A stretch of DNA of 60,569 nucleotides, the filler included, from Sphacelaria rigidula (Eukaryota): assembly GCA_964200075.2 (NCBI GenBank). It is 7 parts of 7 records of this genome, joined end to end, with 100 filler letters (N's around TTAATTAATTAA, not from the genome) between each part and the next. Parts side by side here need not be neighbours in the genome. Positions count along the whole stretch, not along the records: positions 1 to 8,568 come from CAXNAA020010756.1; positions 8,669 to 17,236 come from CAXNAA020010757.1; 5 more parts are not named here. One strand, given 5' to 3'. The notes beneath the pieces were generated by a model that searched no databases, was not told where the DNA came from, and worked only from the letters and a program-made list of their open reading frames with translations. Made by a program: the position numbers and the translations under genes. Shown here in pieces: positions 1 to 11,228 of the stretch. Each line of letters opens with the position of its first letter. Positions within the stretch are counted from its first letter, which is position 1.

Positions 1-1122
1 CTAAGAAAATACTTGGATGCTCGAAAACGACGAGTAATACAGTTTTGAGAACAGAGTTGGGACTGTATTCACTTTAAACTAACAGAGACACGAGAAAATT
101 GCGATGGCAATATAGCGTGAAGAACATGCAGAGAAAAAGATTGCCAGCTATAGTTGATAGGGCTGTACGGAGGAAAAGTACGAAAGGGCAGGCTGGAGTA
201 AGGTGGGATAGAGAAGTCGAGAAAGTGTGGAAGGAGATAGGAGGAAGCCAATACGAAATACTGTCCATACGTGAAGGCGCGGGGTACAAGAGATATGATC
301 GAAATGAGGAAAAAACGATCGCTCAGACAAAATTCGACTTAACGGTCTACGAGGGAAAGGGACTGCTGAACCCCTCTCGCGATAAAAAATAAAGGCAAGC
401 ACCGCAAAAGGAAGGTGGGGCAGTAAAAACAAATATTAAAGAATAAACTCTTGTGCTTACCTTCCTCCTGTGTGACCGCGGCTGGTGCGCCCACATATCC
501 CGAAAGGTGTAGAACGGCGTCCAGAATAGATGGGACGACAACACACCACACACGCAGACGCAAAGTAGACGCGGAACAACACCTGGAGATATACGGGGGG
601 TTGGAAGAGGGGATAGGGGTGAAAACATATTTGCATGGTCCAATGGACGCTGCGGAAAATCTGGAACTGCGATCTCGGGTGAGGGACCTGAGCCTGCCAG
701 AAAGAAGTAGATATACCAGTCGTCGAAAGGACGAGGGTGTTGATCGACAGAATTGCCCCTGTGGCAAAGCAATAGAGAGCAGAAGTCATATAGTGGCAGA
801 ATGTGAACTAAACAAGGAGGAACTGGACGTGCTAGAGGGGGAAATGCGGGACGTGAACAAAGGTGGCATGCAATCGTTTGATGCATTAGACAGTAGGGAG
901 AACACGATAGCTACACTAGGAGATAGATGGTGGCCACAGACGGCGGAACAGGACGGAGATAATGTATGTAAGAGGTTTTTGTGTAATGTATGGGAGAAAC
1001 GTAATGAGCTACGGATTGTTGGAGGTGTCTCTATTAGGAGTAGGAACGGTGCTCCGTCTCGAAAGGGATGCGTGGTCAATGATCACACGTCTAAGGTAAG
1101 CAACAAATGAGTACGCCCCCCC
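1..1122 (+). mobile_element. 3' part of a non-LTR retrotransposon (LINE family A, RTEX/CR1-like ORF2 C-terminus with CCHC zinc finger), degenerate, interrupted by a SINE at about 327-553
   Basis: Post-RT peptide KKILGCSKTTSNTVLRTELGLY..RKLRWQY (1-300, with a stop), then HLEIYGGL..NCPCGKAIESRSHIVAEC (Cys-Cys-His-Cys zinc-finger-like motif). The ORF stops at 1110 and the element ends ATGAGTACG+C-run. A closely similar copy lies at 17337-17902. Confidence 0.8.
327..553 (+). mobile_element. 5'-truncated copy of the tRNA-derived SINE, inserted into LINE family A
   Basis: Matches the body of the copies at 6122, 15985 and 23477 (GAGGGAAAGGGACTGCTGAACCCCTCT...CCTTCCTCCTGTGTGACC...GAATAGATGGGA) and has a CA-rich tail. 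Confidence 0.85.
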
Positions 1123-1129
1123 CACCCTC

Positions 1130-1400
1130 CACAGGCTTTCCTGTACAGTTGATCGATGTCTACGTCGTAGAAGGTGTTCAGTCCAATATTTTCTCCCTTC
1201 ATCGCATGCAGAAGCGACATGATATCGTTCTAAATTCGACTGGGGTACATTTATTAATGGCAGATTACGTTTCGACCGCACAACGCGTTTTTCATCACAG
1301 TTTGCCACACGTATTCCCACTACTACCAGGGAGCCTCGTCTCTCAACGAGAGAAACTGGTTTTCCTTAACCCAGTAGCGGAGTTGATCCGTGTGCTACGG
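1130..1400 (+). mobile_element. Ty1/copia pol fragment (protease-adjacent region), degenerate
   Basis: VQLIDVYVVEGVQSNIFSLH..GVHL resembles the copia 'L.DV..VP....NL.S' motif. Confidence 0.45.
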
Positions 1401-1860
1401 TAGAGTCTTTACCGACAATAGCCCGGCCTGTTTTCAATTACTCTAAATCCGCTTCTATCGATGAGTATGATTCATCGCATACTGCTCAACAGTCTGGTCT
1501 CCCTACTACTGTAGAGGCTACTGAGAGTGTGTCTTCGCGTCCTTCTGTCGGCGCACCCCCGACCAGCGTAATTTCGCCGCATGCCCTGCGACTGAGACTG
1601 TGTCTTCGCATCCTTCTGACGGCGCACCCCCGACAGATACTAGGCTAGTTCTCGATTAATTCAACTCGTCGCTCTCCAATGTAAAGTCAGATCCAGGTAC
1701 TACTGTGGAGTCGCATTTCCCCACGAGTGAGATTGATTCCGCTTCTACCGTAGAATTCGATCTCCCTACTACTCTAGAGTCTTCCCCTGTTTCCGCTTCG
1801 TCTGATTCCTCGCGTGCTACGGTAGAGTCTTCACCGACAAGTGCCCGGCCTGTTTTCTAT
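1391..1860. repeat. Diverged direct repeats (1391-1435 resembles 1813-1857; 1525-1563 resembles 1595-1635)
   Basis: GTGCTACGGTAGAGTCTT.ACCGACAA..GCCCGGCCTGTTTTC occurs twice, and TGTGTCTTCGC.TCCTTCTG.CGGCGCACCCCCGAC occurs twice. Confidence 0.7.
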
Positions 1861-2283
1861 GAGTTTGACTCCCGGTACTCTACTGTATAACTTTCACCGG
1901 TGCATCATGCGCCCACTGTTACGGTAGCATCTTGTTCCCATACTGAGGAAGTTGATTCTTGTAGTGAGTCCCCGAGTGAGGAAAGAGATATTTTATACTC
2001 TTCCCCCAGTGTTGGCTCACGCCATATTTCCGCTAAAGGCGCTGTGTCTCCCGCCCTCGGTTTCATTGTCCAGCCCGCTTCCGCTACAAGCGTTATGTCT
2101 GATGCCTCAGGTGTTGGTATCCAGTCCGCTTCCCCGGCAAGCGGTGTACCTTCTGTGCCACATGTTCTGCGTATACAGCTTCTGCAACCATCGCCGATAC
2201 CGCTCGCCGGAAGGGGGGGGTAATGAAGCTAGTACCGTCGCCGACCCGCCGGCATCCCCGCAGCCGCTGATTAACACCATAAA

Positions 2284-2740
2284 ACCCGACCCGTCGCCGC
2301 CACCGTTAATTTCGCATCATCATACTGTCTCGTCGCCGCCACGACGCATCGTCGCGCCGACAAGATCATACCATACTGTCGCACCGCCGCGACCCCACCA
2401 TACTGTCTCGTCGCCGACATCACATCATACTGTCCCGCCGCCGACACGACGCATCGCCGAACCGACACCATCATTTCTATTCACCGCCGCGTCTCAACAC
2501 CGACGTATGCCCACCACTGCTGCGCCGCCGCTTTCATCATTTCCACCTGCGGCCGCGCCACAACACCTATATTTTCCCATTACCGCTGTGCCCCCATGAC
2601 CATCTCTATTCACTGCCGCGCCACAACACCGACGTATTTCTACTACTGCTGCGCCGCCGCCACCATCATTTCCATCCGCCGCCGCGCCACAACAACCATG
2701 CTTCCCCACTACGACTGCGCCGACGCTACTATCATTTCCA
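2284..2740. repeat. GC-rich compound minisatellite (about 27-60 bp units)
   Basis: Repeated CATACTGTC.CG.CGCCG units (2315-2470) followed by about 60-bp CCGCGCCACAACACC.ACGTAT.....ACTGCTGCGCCGCCG units (2480-2720). Confidence 0.75.
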
Positions 2741-5306
2741 AGTGCATCACCGCAGTTATCGGCAACAACTCCGAGTCCAACGCAACTGATGTCACCACCA
2801 ATGCCGTCACCACCGACACAATCGGCAACATATTTTCACGCGTGACGTCGTCGGCGCGGGTGGAACGGAGCAGAGGAGGGATGACGATGGGTTGGAGTGG
2901 AGCAAGTATGAGGTGCCGATTCGATGAAGAAGGGGGGCGCGTGACCATGGAAGGATGCAGAGGCCGGAGATAGACTTTGGACGATAGAATACTCCGAATA
3001 TGGCCATGTCAAGTGCCTATTCGTTGACAACTTCAGCTTCATGGTATATTCATGCGTTGCACAATTTTGATTCTCGATAAGGCTTTGGATCGTACTATTT
3101 CGAGTGAAAGCGCATTAATGGGACCACCGTCCGACTGCAGTGATTTGACCGGTGGGCATCAGATTTGCAACAGTAATTGGCATGTTTCACAAGGCTTTTG
3201 GGGGATTTGTCGGGAAGTATGCGTAAAAACAGCTGGCGCGCATCGAAACCGCGTGAAAATTCAGACTCATAATTTTGATCTTAGGTGAGTATGGCGGTAC
3301 GACACTTTGTACGATATCGTACATTTTACCGTTGTTCGATTTGAGTTCGATTGTTGTGATTCAATCTCGGTTTCTGGTATCACCGAGATGCTGACATACT
3401 TAGAATTATTTCTTTCGATCTGATTTTGATTTTCGAAATAAAATTCAAGTGTTTCCAACCAGGTGCTGTGGTCACGAAAGAGGTCAGGGGGTCGATCGAT
3501 TTGACAGCATCAACCTTTTGATGGATCATGGCATATGACGAATTCTTTTTGCTTGATTTAGTTTATTGATCTCGGGTTTTGGGACATACTTTTGTGACAT
3601 ATTATGGAAAAAAAAGCATGGCCCGAGATGTGATATTTTATGCCCCCGAAAATTGCAATGTGATATAGGATTAGGGAGGCATGTAATTCAGGAGTTAATT
3701 TTTCTTGATGATCTTGACTTTTTCTTGCCGAGTCTTTCGAGCCTCACGGCATTTGTGTTGTGAGAATTGTTTGATTTTATGGGATTGATCCAAGATTATT
3801 CCTGCGTGATGATATGACCAGGGCCAAGCCTCGACAAGGGGGGCTACTAGAATATTGCCGAACTGAACCCTTCTGCTCATGTACTTGGATTGATTCGGGT
3901 GCATTACGGGGTAGACTGATGGTGTATCAGTGGTACGGGATAGTGTATCATGACCGGATGTACGACATATAAGGCGATGCAGTCAGCACGCAGCGTGCAT
4001 CGCTTGTCACTCTCCGTGTCCTTCATATTTGGGGTGTTTGCATATCTACATCCTGGTGATGTGAACGCAGCTCGGGTGGAGCTTGCATGGTTGATGCTGG
4101 GTGAGTAAAGGGTGTAAAAGGTTAATACAAAAAGAGTGACTGCACATTCCTCTCTGTCCAGAGCACCTAATTCGAGGGGCCTTCATTAACGATCACGACA
4201 GTGAAGAACTGACTGCAGCACGCAAAACAAAGGAGATGGGAGAGACCACCACGTACAGGAGCACAGACAGTGCGGTACAAAAGTCAGTACTGCCCAATCG
4301 TAGTGCAGTACAGTACACACAGCACGGACGGGGTGGCTTGGGCCACTAGCGTCAATACCGTACCTTCTGGTATGGCGCGACCAGAAAGAGCAAAGGTGTC
4401 TTCCACAAAATGGCTGCGTGCAATAAAGTACAACTGATCGCACAACCGTGCAGAACAGTACACAACAAAGACCAGCACACAGGGTGGTTTTCACCGTTTG
4501 ACAGGATCTCTCTCGGATTCGGTGAGATAAGATCTTGAGAGGGTTGAGGGCACGAAGACACATCGTTCTCGACACAGCATGAGTCGATTGGCCCCAAATT
4601 TTGTACAGAGACGGCAAAGCATATGATGAAGGATATGGTGCCACTGTCCCGCCACTGACATCAAAGTCACCCTGAGTCACTGCCTTCGCAGCAGGGCTAT
4701 GCGGGTTCGGGCTGAAGCCTAAAAAATGGGGATGTCGTAGGAGAACATCGACTCCGACACTCACCGAATGAATCAAGAAGATTCCACTTGACCCGATTTA
4801 TTCCACATGAAGTAGCAACGGCTCTCTCACTCCTTGCGGTCTGCAGTCGGGTGGTGCTACGGCGATGGCTGGTGGAGTGCGGAGCATCTGCAAGCGAGAC
4901 TGCTCATATACCGCACCCTTTGTCATGTTCTATTTTCCCAATTCAGCACTGACTGCTTAGTCGGCGCGTGTGTCATAGCCTATTTCTTTCTTCTTTTCTT
5001 TCCATATAGGATTTTGTAGGGGCATTCGGAACATAACCAAGTACACATATTATTATCTTTTTTCATAAATTTTGACTGTCACATATACCGGGGACCTCGA
5101 GTTTGACATGCAGCCATAGCTCTATAGAAATAGTACACGATTTTCCCCGATTCATCACATTCTTCGATCGCCGGTCGCGAAGCCGATAAACTACTATATA
5201 AGACTATAAAGTGAATAGTTATAAAACACACAAATCTTGGCACGGTTTAGCGGATAGATAACCCCTCCCGGAGAGACACAGGCCCACAACACACCATCTG
5301 GGATCC

Positions 5307-5696
5307 ATGAGCCGTGGCCTGTCTCTCGTTGCACTTCTTGGCATCTCATGCCTGACGCCGCAGCATCTGACGGGTGGCCAGGCACAGGTTCTCAAACCGT
5401 CCTCGCATCTCACGAGTCGATGCTACAATTTCCCTGATGATAACTTCAGTCGGGACAATAACGTAAAGGCCAGCTACGGTGCGAGCCCGCACTTGGTGAT
5501 GAGCCCTGGAGATACTGCTATCGACTTCACCTTGCACGATCTTGCTGGCACCGCATGGAACTTGAGGAATGCACTCGAGAAGGGGAACGGGAAGCCCGTA
5601 GTTCTGATAATGGGTATGGCGACGTGTCCGGCCTACCAAGGACTAAACGCGGAAGAATCCGACTACCGATGGACATACTGGAATGAGCAAAACTTG
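5307..5696 (+). CDS. Exon 1 of an iodothyronine deiodinase-like (thioredoxin/AhpC-TSA fold) protein with N-terminal signal peptide; Cys at the Sec-equivalent position
   Basis: ATG at 5307 with a hydrophobic N-terminus (LSLVALLGISCL). PGDTAIDFTLHDLAG and KPVVLIMGMATCPAY parallel the deiodinase RPLVLNFGSCTUPxF motif. GTGAG donor at 5697; 390 nt, phase 0. Confidence 0.8.
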
Positions 5697-6121
5697 GTGA
5701 GAGCACATGAAGCTTACATAATAAATCAATCAATAAATTGATGCAGATTGTGTTCGTTTTTTTTACTTCTGTCTTGGGGTTGCGATCTTGACCGCTGTGC
5801 GCGACATAGCGCGTTGACATTGCGTTTGCGTGTGCTGGATGTGGCTACCGGTGTGTGTGTGGTGGGTTGTCGACATGTGTGTGGTGGGTTGTAGGTTTTT
5901 TGGCGTGGGCTATGAGCTCTGTATCTAGCTGATGAAGGTGACTGAAGTGTCGTGATTGTATTACAGTGTACTGATGACCTCTACGAGTGTTACTCTTCGG
6001 TACTCGCACAACTTACCGCTACTGACAGTAGTACAGGCACGCTACTCTCCTGTAACGAGATGAAAGGGTGACCAAGAAACATGATCCTGTCTATGTTTTG
6101 TTTCGTCTGTTCACCCCAAGA

Positions 6122-6671
6122 GCCGGTCGCCCCGGTGACTCAGTTGGTAACTTCGAAACCCTCTGACGGTTGGGTCGTGGGTTCAATTCTCGGAGCGATC
6201 TGGGATTTTTTCACACCATGTCTTGACAGTGGAGAGCGACTATGTTGTGGGTACACAAAATTCGACGACGAGGGAAAGGGACTGCTGAACCCCTCTCACG
6301 ATAAAAAAGAAAGGCAAGCAGCGCAAAAGGAAGGTGGGGTACTAGATGTATCTCATACTCGGCTCCCGGTATCCTGGTTTGTTTTGTTCTATGTTTTCAA
6401 GTGAAAATGATGGCGATTTATCAGATGATGAGGGGCCCCTTGACCGCCAGGTTACGTCCTCCCTTGAATCGCGATCACTTTCACTTGAAAAAATACTACA
6501 CAACTCAGAGCCAGCGAATAAACCAAGATACCGGGAGCCGAGTTTGAGATACCTCTACCAAAAAAAAAGAAAAACTCCCGTGTTGACCTTGCTCCTGTGT
6601 GACCCCAGCTGTTGCGCCCACATATACCGAAAGGTGTAGACCGGTGCCAAGAATAGATGGGATGAAGACAC

Positions 6672-6701
<30 letters not shown>
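6122..6701 (+). mobile_element. Full-length tRNA-derived SINE with (CA)n tail, in intron 1; carries a nested MITE
   Basis: A-box-like GTGACTCAGTTGG, B-box-like GGTTCAATTC, body shared with four other copies, (CA)n tail at about 6669-6701. Confidence 0.8.
6343..6557. mobile_element. MITE (about 215 bp) with 38-bp terminal inverted repeats, nested in the SINE
   Basis: TAGATGTATCTCATACTCGGCTCCCGGTATCCTGGTTT versus the reverse complement of the right end, TAGAGGTATCTCAAACTCGGCTCCCGGTATCTTGGTTT (3 mismatches). The segment is absent from the other SINE copies. The terminal TA may be the TSD. Confidence 0.85.
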
Positions 6702-6703
<2 letters not shown>

Positions 6704-7059
6704 GGAAACGCGCTTGGCTCTCTCTTTTTGTCCATTATATTCCTTGATTTGCGTTCTAATCTTTTTTTCTTTCTTTTCTCTCATTTTCCTCCTTTTTTTT
6801 CTGATCACGAGCTGGAGTGTCGCAATCACCCACGTGATGCGAGATAATCTTGTTGTGTTGTTTGCGTTCGTGTTTGTGTATGTATTTGCTTGTTATTGTT
6901 GTTGTTTGTTTCTGCTCTTGCTGTGTTGTTGGTGTTGTTGGTGGTGGTGTTATTTTTGTTGTCGCTGCTTCCTTCCTCCTTTCCTTTCTGAGGCCGTTGC
7001 TCGTCTCTTTCTGTTTCTCTCCTTTTTCCTTCTATCATTCTGGGGGGGTTTTGCTGCTG

Positions 7060-7143
7060 CTGACCACGGGCTGGATTGTTGCAATCAGCTAACGTGATAT
7101 AATAAATCGATCGATCGATCAATCAATCAATCAATCAATCAAT
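7060..7143 (+). mobile_element. 3' end of retroposon family C (TGACCACGGCTGGAT motif plus (AATC)n tail)
   Basis: The same motif and tail recur at 46536-46617 (+) and 50922-50993 (-). Confidence 0.6.
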
Positions 7144-8140
7144 GCAGCCGAATCAGAGTGACTCGTTGTCCCGCGACACGTATGAATGGACGATGAGCGA
7201 TCTCGCAGTAGCTGCTTTCCTGCGTACCCAGTACTGTACGGCGCTACTTCTCTCTTTTACCACTGTGACCATGCGCTCACTTGGCCTTCGTTGCAGAACG
7301 GTTACACTAATCGGCAAACTCCCGTCCGGGAAATAAGCATACCGTAAATGTCGTCAGCATCATGAAGTAGCTTGCAGTAATAGTCGGGGACAAGGAGACA
7401 AGAGGTTTCGGGTGATTAGTTCCGGTCAACACCAGGTCACTGGTTGTAGTTGCACTTTGAAGTCCTTCCCTTCCTCGGGACGAGTGCGTGGTCTCAAGGG
7501 ATCAACCCATGTCCCCCCGGTACACGCCTTGCATTTTGGTCGGGTCAGCACTCCCGCACCGTGTCAACCCACGTCGAACAAACCAAGGGTCGGACAAATC
7601 AATGATTCGTCTGGAAATCACTTGGTTTTAGTTTAATTGATTCGAATCGTACGAATCAATCCCTAGGCTTTGTTTTCAGCGTTGCAACCGAGGTACACGC
7701 AGCACAGGTAGCACGTGTGGAATGGCGCAAAAGTTGTGTGGATACCCCTTGGACCAGCGGTCAACTTCTTTCTCCCTTTTGGGCAGTCAGGCCGAAGAAA
7801 TCATGGATTTGGTGATTCGAAGCCGTGATGATTCGTCCTAAACGTTAAAAAAACTCAGTCAACTACTTTGTTTACTCACGTTCTCGCGCTTTCCACGGTG
7901 GAAATCAGATATGCACTACGAAGGAAAAAAAAAACATGCACCGGGCATCTAACCCTCGTTCTCTCCACCCCAATTGCGACAGTCGGACCATCACATTCAC
8001 TGGGGCGCGGCCAACAATGCCCTCATGGCAGAACAGCACAATGTCATTAGACTCAGTTGTCGCCTCCGGCAACGCTGATGTCTCACATTCTTTACTTTCG
8101 CCTGCACTGGCTGAACTGTACTGGCGTTACCGTGGTGCAG

Positions 8141-8332
8141 GTGAGAGCATATGGTGATAAGGCGATATTTGTCCATATATATGGACCGGAGCCCCATCCC
8201 ACTCTGCCCGACACAAACTTTGACGCTGGTAAGCTGCTGTCCAACTACTGGAGCTTGACTCGGCAACACACAACATACAAGGAGCGGGTAGCTGCGGCGA
8301 AAGCTATTAGGCCATTCACCCATCCCGACCAG
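8141..8332 (+). CDS. Exon 2 of the deiodinase-like gene (further exons presumably beyond the contig end at 8568)
   Basis: GTGCAG acceptor, 192 nt in frame, GT donor at 8333. AIFVHIYGPEPHP parallels the deiodinase FLxIYIxEAH motif, and RQHTTYKERVAAAK parallels RxHxxLxDRxxAA. Confidence 0.8.
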
Positions 8333-8568
8333 GTATAGTAACAAGATGACGGTAGAATATGGTGAACGATGGCGTTCATGACGTGTACAGGGTGGGCCAC
8401 CCGAGATCCGAATAGGAATGTTGACACGCGAGTCCCGAGCTCAATTTTGAGTCATTTTGGACGAAATTCTGATACGATGTACGAAGCCTATGCGCAAAGA
8501 CCCCTTCTTAACTCCCCCCCCCCCCCCCCTTTTTTTTTAATTTTTTTTTTTTTGATACGTATCATGTG

Positions 8569-8668
8569 NNNNNNNNNNNNNNNNNNNNNNNNNNNNNNNN
8601 NNNNNNNNNNNNTTAATTAATTAANNNNNNNNNNNNNNNNNNNNNNNNNNNNNNNNNNNNNNNNNNNN
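8569..8668. other. Artificial contig linker (44N-TTAATTAATTAA-44N); also at 17237-17336, 25905-26004, 34573-34672, 43240-43339 and 51905-52004
   Basis: Identical 100-bp spacer with stops in all six frames; the flanking contigs are sorted by length. Confidence 0.98.
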
Positions 8669-10174
8669 AAAAATAGGCCAAATAATGGACGGAAGAATCC
8701 ATTCGCACCCCAATGCGAGAACCCCCACTTATGATTCCCCTTTAAACCCCCCCCCCCCGCCAAACCAGACCCAAAAAGGTCACAAAGAAATTACTGTACA
8801 AGACGTCATAGCTTGTTTCAGACTGCACGAAGCGCCATATATCGGCGATATTGCCGAAAACAGTTACAGACGTGCTAGTTTCCTGCTGCTTCGTGCGGTG
8901 TGGTCAGCCTTCTTCATTTTCATTTTCATCTAGATTTTGCCTCCTCAAACCAGCCACTTTTTTTTTCGTGGCAAGGGGGGGCTATCAGGGCATCATTTGG
9001 CAGAGCTCGAAATTGGGATTGTCACCCATCTTCATTACGAAGGTGTAAGACGTACAGTTCAGCAGTTGAGAGCGGACGTCTCGACCTTCTCACACACTCA
9101 CGCCGTCCTACCCCACAAGCTTTACCGTGACTTTACCAACCCTCCTTCCCACCAGGATGTGATTTGAAATAGTAAAATTCTGGTTCGTTTCACCATTCTC
9201 GGATTCAATCCCTCTACCTTTACGGGTCATGATTCAGACGGGGGTTACGAAGATATCACCCCCGTGCTGTTCGCCTTAGAAATGAATACACGCTCACTAG
9301 AACTACAGATCAAAGCAGAACCACTCAACTTTTGGGGAGACAGACGTGGGATTGGTAAATGGTCACCATCTAACTGGCCACTGCCTTGTCCTGCTTTGCC
9401 ATGCCACGACACTCGTCTACTCAAACTACGAGAAAAGATGAACGGTTCCACGGGGTACGCTGGGTTCTCCGTATATGTCGAGTACCGACATCCCGGGGTA
9501 ACAGAGACTTCCACCGCCAAAAAAAGTAACAATCTAGGGTACCGCTAGTATCGACACGAAAGAGCTACTCGTGTCAAGCATTTCAGAGCAACTGGAAAAT
9601 GACAACATTTACCGCCCGGTTGGCCGTACTCATGTATACTGTAAAAAAAACTCAGAACGTGTTATCCTTGGCGGATGCTCAGGAATCCACTTGGCCTGCG
9701 TTCAACTGCTTCGACTGCGATACGACCTCTGAAGGGATAATAACCGTAGGCATCTTTGAAAAAAAAATGAAAAGTATGAATTTCCTTGGTCGAGCCTCCG
9801 AGCGAAAATGCGATCGGACCTACAGCAACGATGGCAGTAGAGTGCAGCATAGTCCATATTTAGATCAAGTACGCATGTGAAAGCCTAGACATTTCTTCGG
9901 GCGAAACGAAAAGTGTAATACGTACGCCTACATGCAACGTGTTAAAGAAACGGCCTGTTTGTTCATGAGAAATTTGCTCCGCAGGCTCTTTTGGGCTAAA
10001 AGACGCTACAGAGCAAAGGTCTGTTTGTCGTAGAGACAATAATCACGAAGAAACTGATCCGAATTACCGGGCTGTAAGCAACAGATGGTGCAGATTGGAG
10101 TCGTGAAACGGTAGACAAGGGTGGTTATACGTGGACCAACAGATCGACCTCGCCGCTACACTGCCACCATGATC

Positions 10175-10234
10175 TCATTGTAGACTATCGCAGAATGCTT
10201 CAAGACGCCTCCCCTGCTTGGGGAGCGCCGGCGG
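10175..10234 (-). CDS. Possible terminal exon of the NTF2/G3BP-like gene (PPALPKQGRRLEAFCDSLQ*)
   Basis: Strong pyrimidine tract plus CAG acceptor, phase-compatible with the upstream exon; no homology support. Confidence 0.3.
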   Translation of the reverse strand, partial: PPALPKQGRRLEAFCDSLQ

Positions 10235-10556
10235 CTGCAGGAAAAACACAACCTGTTGACTGATGATATTCAGTATACAGATTTTTCTTTTATCAAATAC
10301 GGAAACCGACGAAGACGTTGTACTTTTCATAGCTAGATAGTAATAGCAAAAACAAATTTCCAATGATTCTGTATGCAACGTACGACACATCGATGCAAGA
10401 CAATACAATCGCTACATTCCAGTTAAGCAACAGACAAAACCCTCCACGACCCTGCAGTAGGAACAACCAACCTTTCGGGAGCGAAAACACACAAGAAAAC
10501 AAAAAAACGATACACGTATAATATGTAAATATCGGAACCAGAGACCTCTTCCCCAC

Positions 10557-11228
10557 CTTGACAGACTGCGACGACCCAGGTCGAGAGTTAGACTCTCCCC
10601 CTCCCCCCCTTCCCCCCCCGCCAACACCCACCGGATGACCCTGGGACCCCGACATCACAGATTCACCCAGCGCGGACCCCAGGCCACCGCCAACTCCGGA
10701 CCCACCACCCACCCCACCAACCGCAACGTCTGACATTCCCCAGCCACCGTTACTCGCGGCGGCCCCCGCCCCCGCCCCAGCCTCGGCGCCGACGCCCGAG
10801 GCCCCAGCCCCAGCGGTTGTGGCAGCCCCGGCGGCGGCGGCCCTCACTCCGTTGCCCCCGCCCATGCCCCCCGCCATCATGCCCGACATGCCCACACCAG
10901 TCGAAGCAATACCACTGTGGCCAACGGCCGGAGAAGAAGTCGAAGCCGACGAGACGGGAGCGCCGCCCGTCACACCCAGCCCGGGCGGCGTGGCTTCACC
11001 GCCCACAGCCGCCTGCGTCGCCCACGACTTGGCCAGAGAAGCGTACGTCATCGGGACGGGTGGCCCCGCCGGGGCAGGAGCAGGGGCGGGGGTCGGAGAC
11101 GGGGCTGGAGAGGAAGTGGGCGTCACCGCCGCTGGAGCTGAGGCCGGTTGTTGTTGCTGGGGAGGAGTAGGCGGTACTGCGGTGGCAGCAGCAGCCGCGC
11201 CAGCGGAGGGAGGCGAGGGGGCGCCGCT
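10557..11228 (-). CDS. Exon of NTF2-domain G3BP-like protein (Pro/Ala/Gly-rich disordered region)
   Basis: TTTCTCCAG acceptor, AAG|GTGGGG donor, 672 nt, phase 0. Contains PMTYASLAKSW, similar to the 'SYASIV' motif of G3BP/NTF2-RRM proteins. Confidence 0.8.

Noticed and set aside
5625-5627. Selenoprotein or SECIS possibility for the deiodinase-like gene
   Set aside because: The active-site codon is TGT (Cys), not TGA, and the 3' UTR is not in the contig.
6122-6200. tRNA gene candidates at the SINE heads (also 15985 and 23477)
   Set aside because: No intact cloverleaf or anticodon arm; each is fused to the same repeat body, so they are SINE heads.
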